Source: Felis catus
Taxonomy: Eukaryota
NCBI RefSeq assembly: GCF_018350175.1
Contig: NC_058369.1
Coordinates: forward strand, 15,626,001-15,690,000
Length of the DNA stretch: 64,000 nucleotides
Direction: 5' to 3'
Shown here: piece after piece, positions 62,466 to 64,000 of the stretch
Layout of the letters: every line of letters begins with the position of its first letter
Numbering within the stretch: the first letter of the stretch is position 1
Notes under the pieces: generated by a model
Databases searched by the model: none
What the model was told of the DNA's origin: nothing
What the model saw: only the letters and a program-made list of their open reading frames with translations
Made by a program: the position numbers and the translations under genes

Positions 62466-62675
62466 GGGACGCCTGGGTGGCGCAGTCGGTTAAGCGTCCG
62501 ACTTCAGCCAGGTCACGATCTCGCGGTCCGTGAGTTCGAGCCCCGCGTCAGGCTCTGGGCTGATGGCTCAGAGCCTGGAGCCTGCTTCCGATTCTGTGTC
62601 TCCCTCTCTCTCTGCCCCTCCCCCGTTCATGCTCTCTCTCTCTCTGTCCCCCCCCCCAAAAAAAATGTTAAAAAA
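62466..62675 (+). mobile_element. SINEC_Fc (young)
   Basis: TSD agaaatgcattttg. Confidence 0.95.
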
Positions 62676-63010
62676 GAAATGCATTTTGAAATACTTAGGG
62701 GGTTACGCCATGATGCCTCTGATTTATTCTTCACACACACACTGTTTGTCCTACACAGCGGGACACTCTGTGTGAAACTGTAACCCACAGGTGCCCCATG
62801 GAATGGCTGAACATACACAGACTTTTAACCCACCACACTTGTCAGAGATCGGCAAGTAACGGGTCATTGTAAGTTGTTATCAGATAATGAGGAAGAGATT
62901 TTACAACATTTTCTGAAGATCAAAGTCTTTAAAGTGAGTCATGTGAAAATGGCTAGGGTGAATATTTATTCGAAATAACGAGGAAGGCATTATCCTAAGA
63001 AGATAAGTAA

Positions 63011-63341
63011 AGGGGCACCTGACTGGCTCAGTCGGGGGGGGTGACTCTTGATCTCGGGGTTGTGAGTTTGAGCCCCACATTGGCTGTAGAGATGACTTAA
63101 AACGACAACCTTTATTTTTTTTTTCAACGTTTTTTTTTTTTTTTTTTTTTTTTTTTGGGACAGAGAGAGACAGAGCATGAACGGGGGAGGGGCAGAGAGA
63201 AAGGGAGACACAGAATCGGAAACAGGCTCCAGGCTCCGAGCCATCAGCCCAGAGCCCGACGCGGGGCTCGAACTCACGGACCGCGAGATCGTGACCTGGC
63301 TGAAGTCGGACGCTTAACCGACTGCGCCACCCAGGAGCCCC
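63011..63341. mobile_element. Short SINEC (+, 63011-63100) with a young SINEC_Fc (-, 63111-63341) inserted in its tail
   Basis: Inner TSD aaaa(c/t)gacaaccttta; outer TSD aagaagataagtaaa. Confidence 0.9.
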
Positions 63342-64000
63342 AAAATGACAACCTTTAAAAAATAAAAGAAGATAAGTAAAAAAGGAAAATGAAGACCCGG
63401 TAACTAACTTAATTTTAGTGTTGCCACTAAAACCTAATTTCCCCTGGTTGCAATTAATGATTTTTAAAAAATGACTTTTATTCACTTAGCTGCTCAAAAT
63501 ATTCACCTACTAGTAAAAATCCGTCAGTCGTAACGGAATGGTTAGATAAACTATGGCATGTCTGTATCGGAAATATTGCGAAGTCATCACCAGTTAAGAT
63601 TTGGATTTAACTCTTGGATTAATATTCAATAACATGAACATGCTTACGATACAACATCGAGTGCAGGAGATATGACTACATCTCAAAGGAGTCATGATTT
63701 TATGGAAGTGTAAATGATTGAGCCCTACGTAATTGCTAAGAGAGGATAAAGAGTGGCATCTCATGTGGTCCCAGTAACATTGTGACCGTCACAAGAAAAA
63801 GAGGGGGAGAAAAAGCCCACAGAGGAGACAGGACAAAACTGTAATGCTCACCAGGCATGGGTTACATCGTTGTCTGTTTCGAACAAGAAAGCATCTCTCA
63901 CCACATTGGACAGATGTGGTAAATTTCCTGACATGAGAAAAAGAAACCCCTAATTTTACTCATCTCCAAAACTGAAAGTTGAAGAGGTGAAGCCCTTTTG

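Noticed and set aside
590..63485. Many ORFs sharing peptides such as RGRHRIRSRLQA, GAWVAQSVK and SDSVSPSLSAPP
   Set aside because: These are translations of SINEC copies, not a gene family.
46000..64000. CCR9 or another GPCR coding exon expected by synteny
   Set aside because: No ~1.1-kb seven-transmembrane ORF is present; it presumably lies beyond the right edge. Small non-coding exons could be missed.
1..64000. CRISPR array, operon or prokaryotic-type novel system
   Set aside because: The sequence is intron-containing mammalian DNA; the repeats are dispersed retroposons and microsatellites with no repeat-spacer array.

Overview
Mammalian genomic DNA, almost certainly a felid: about 35 carnivore tRNA-derived SINEC copies, many of the feline SINEC_Fc type, and carnivore L1 3' ends. 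It is the ortholog of the human 3p21.31 SLC6A20-LZTFL1 interval. On the minus strand it holds the complete 10-exon LZTFL1 (BBS17) gene (ATG 45153, stop 30140, 897 nt CDS, 298 aa, all GT-AG introns traced by hand). It also holds the CpG-island promoter and first coding exon of SLC6A20 (ATG 11836, donor after 11716); I found no exon 2, so the rest of SLC6A20 appears to lie left of the window. The remainder is intron or intergenic DNA with SINEC, L1, L2, MIR, MER5A, MER63, MLT1 and an LTR16/ERVL remnant. Nearly all ORFs in the supplied track are spurious. I see no evidence of a new gene or new biological system. The best leads are regulatory or evolutionary: twin RFX X-boxes at LZTFL1, a P3 homeodomain palindrome and a GGC repeat at SLC6A20, a GATA plus DR3/DR1 cluster in the interval orthologous to the human COVID-19 risk region, a ~50-nt L1 insertion supplying AATAAA downstream of LZTFL1, strong SINE strand bias, and recurring closely spaced inverted SINE pairs. 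Repeat family names come from my recall of consensus sequences and repeat boundaries are approximate.
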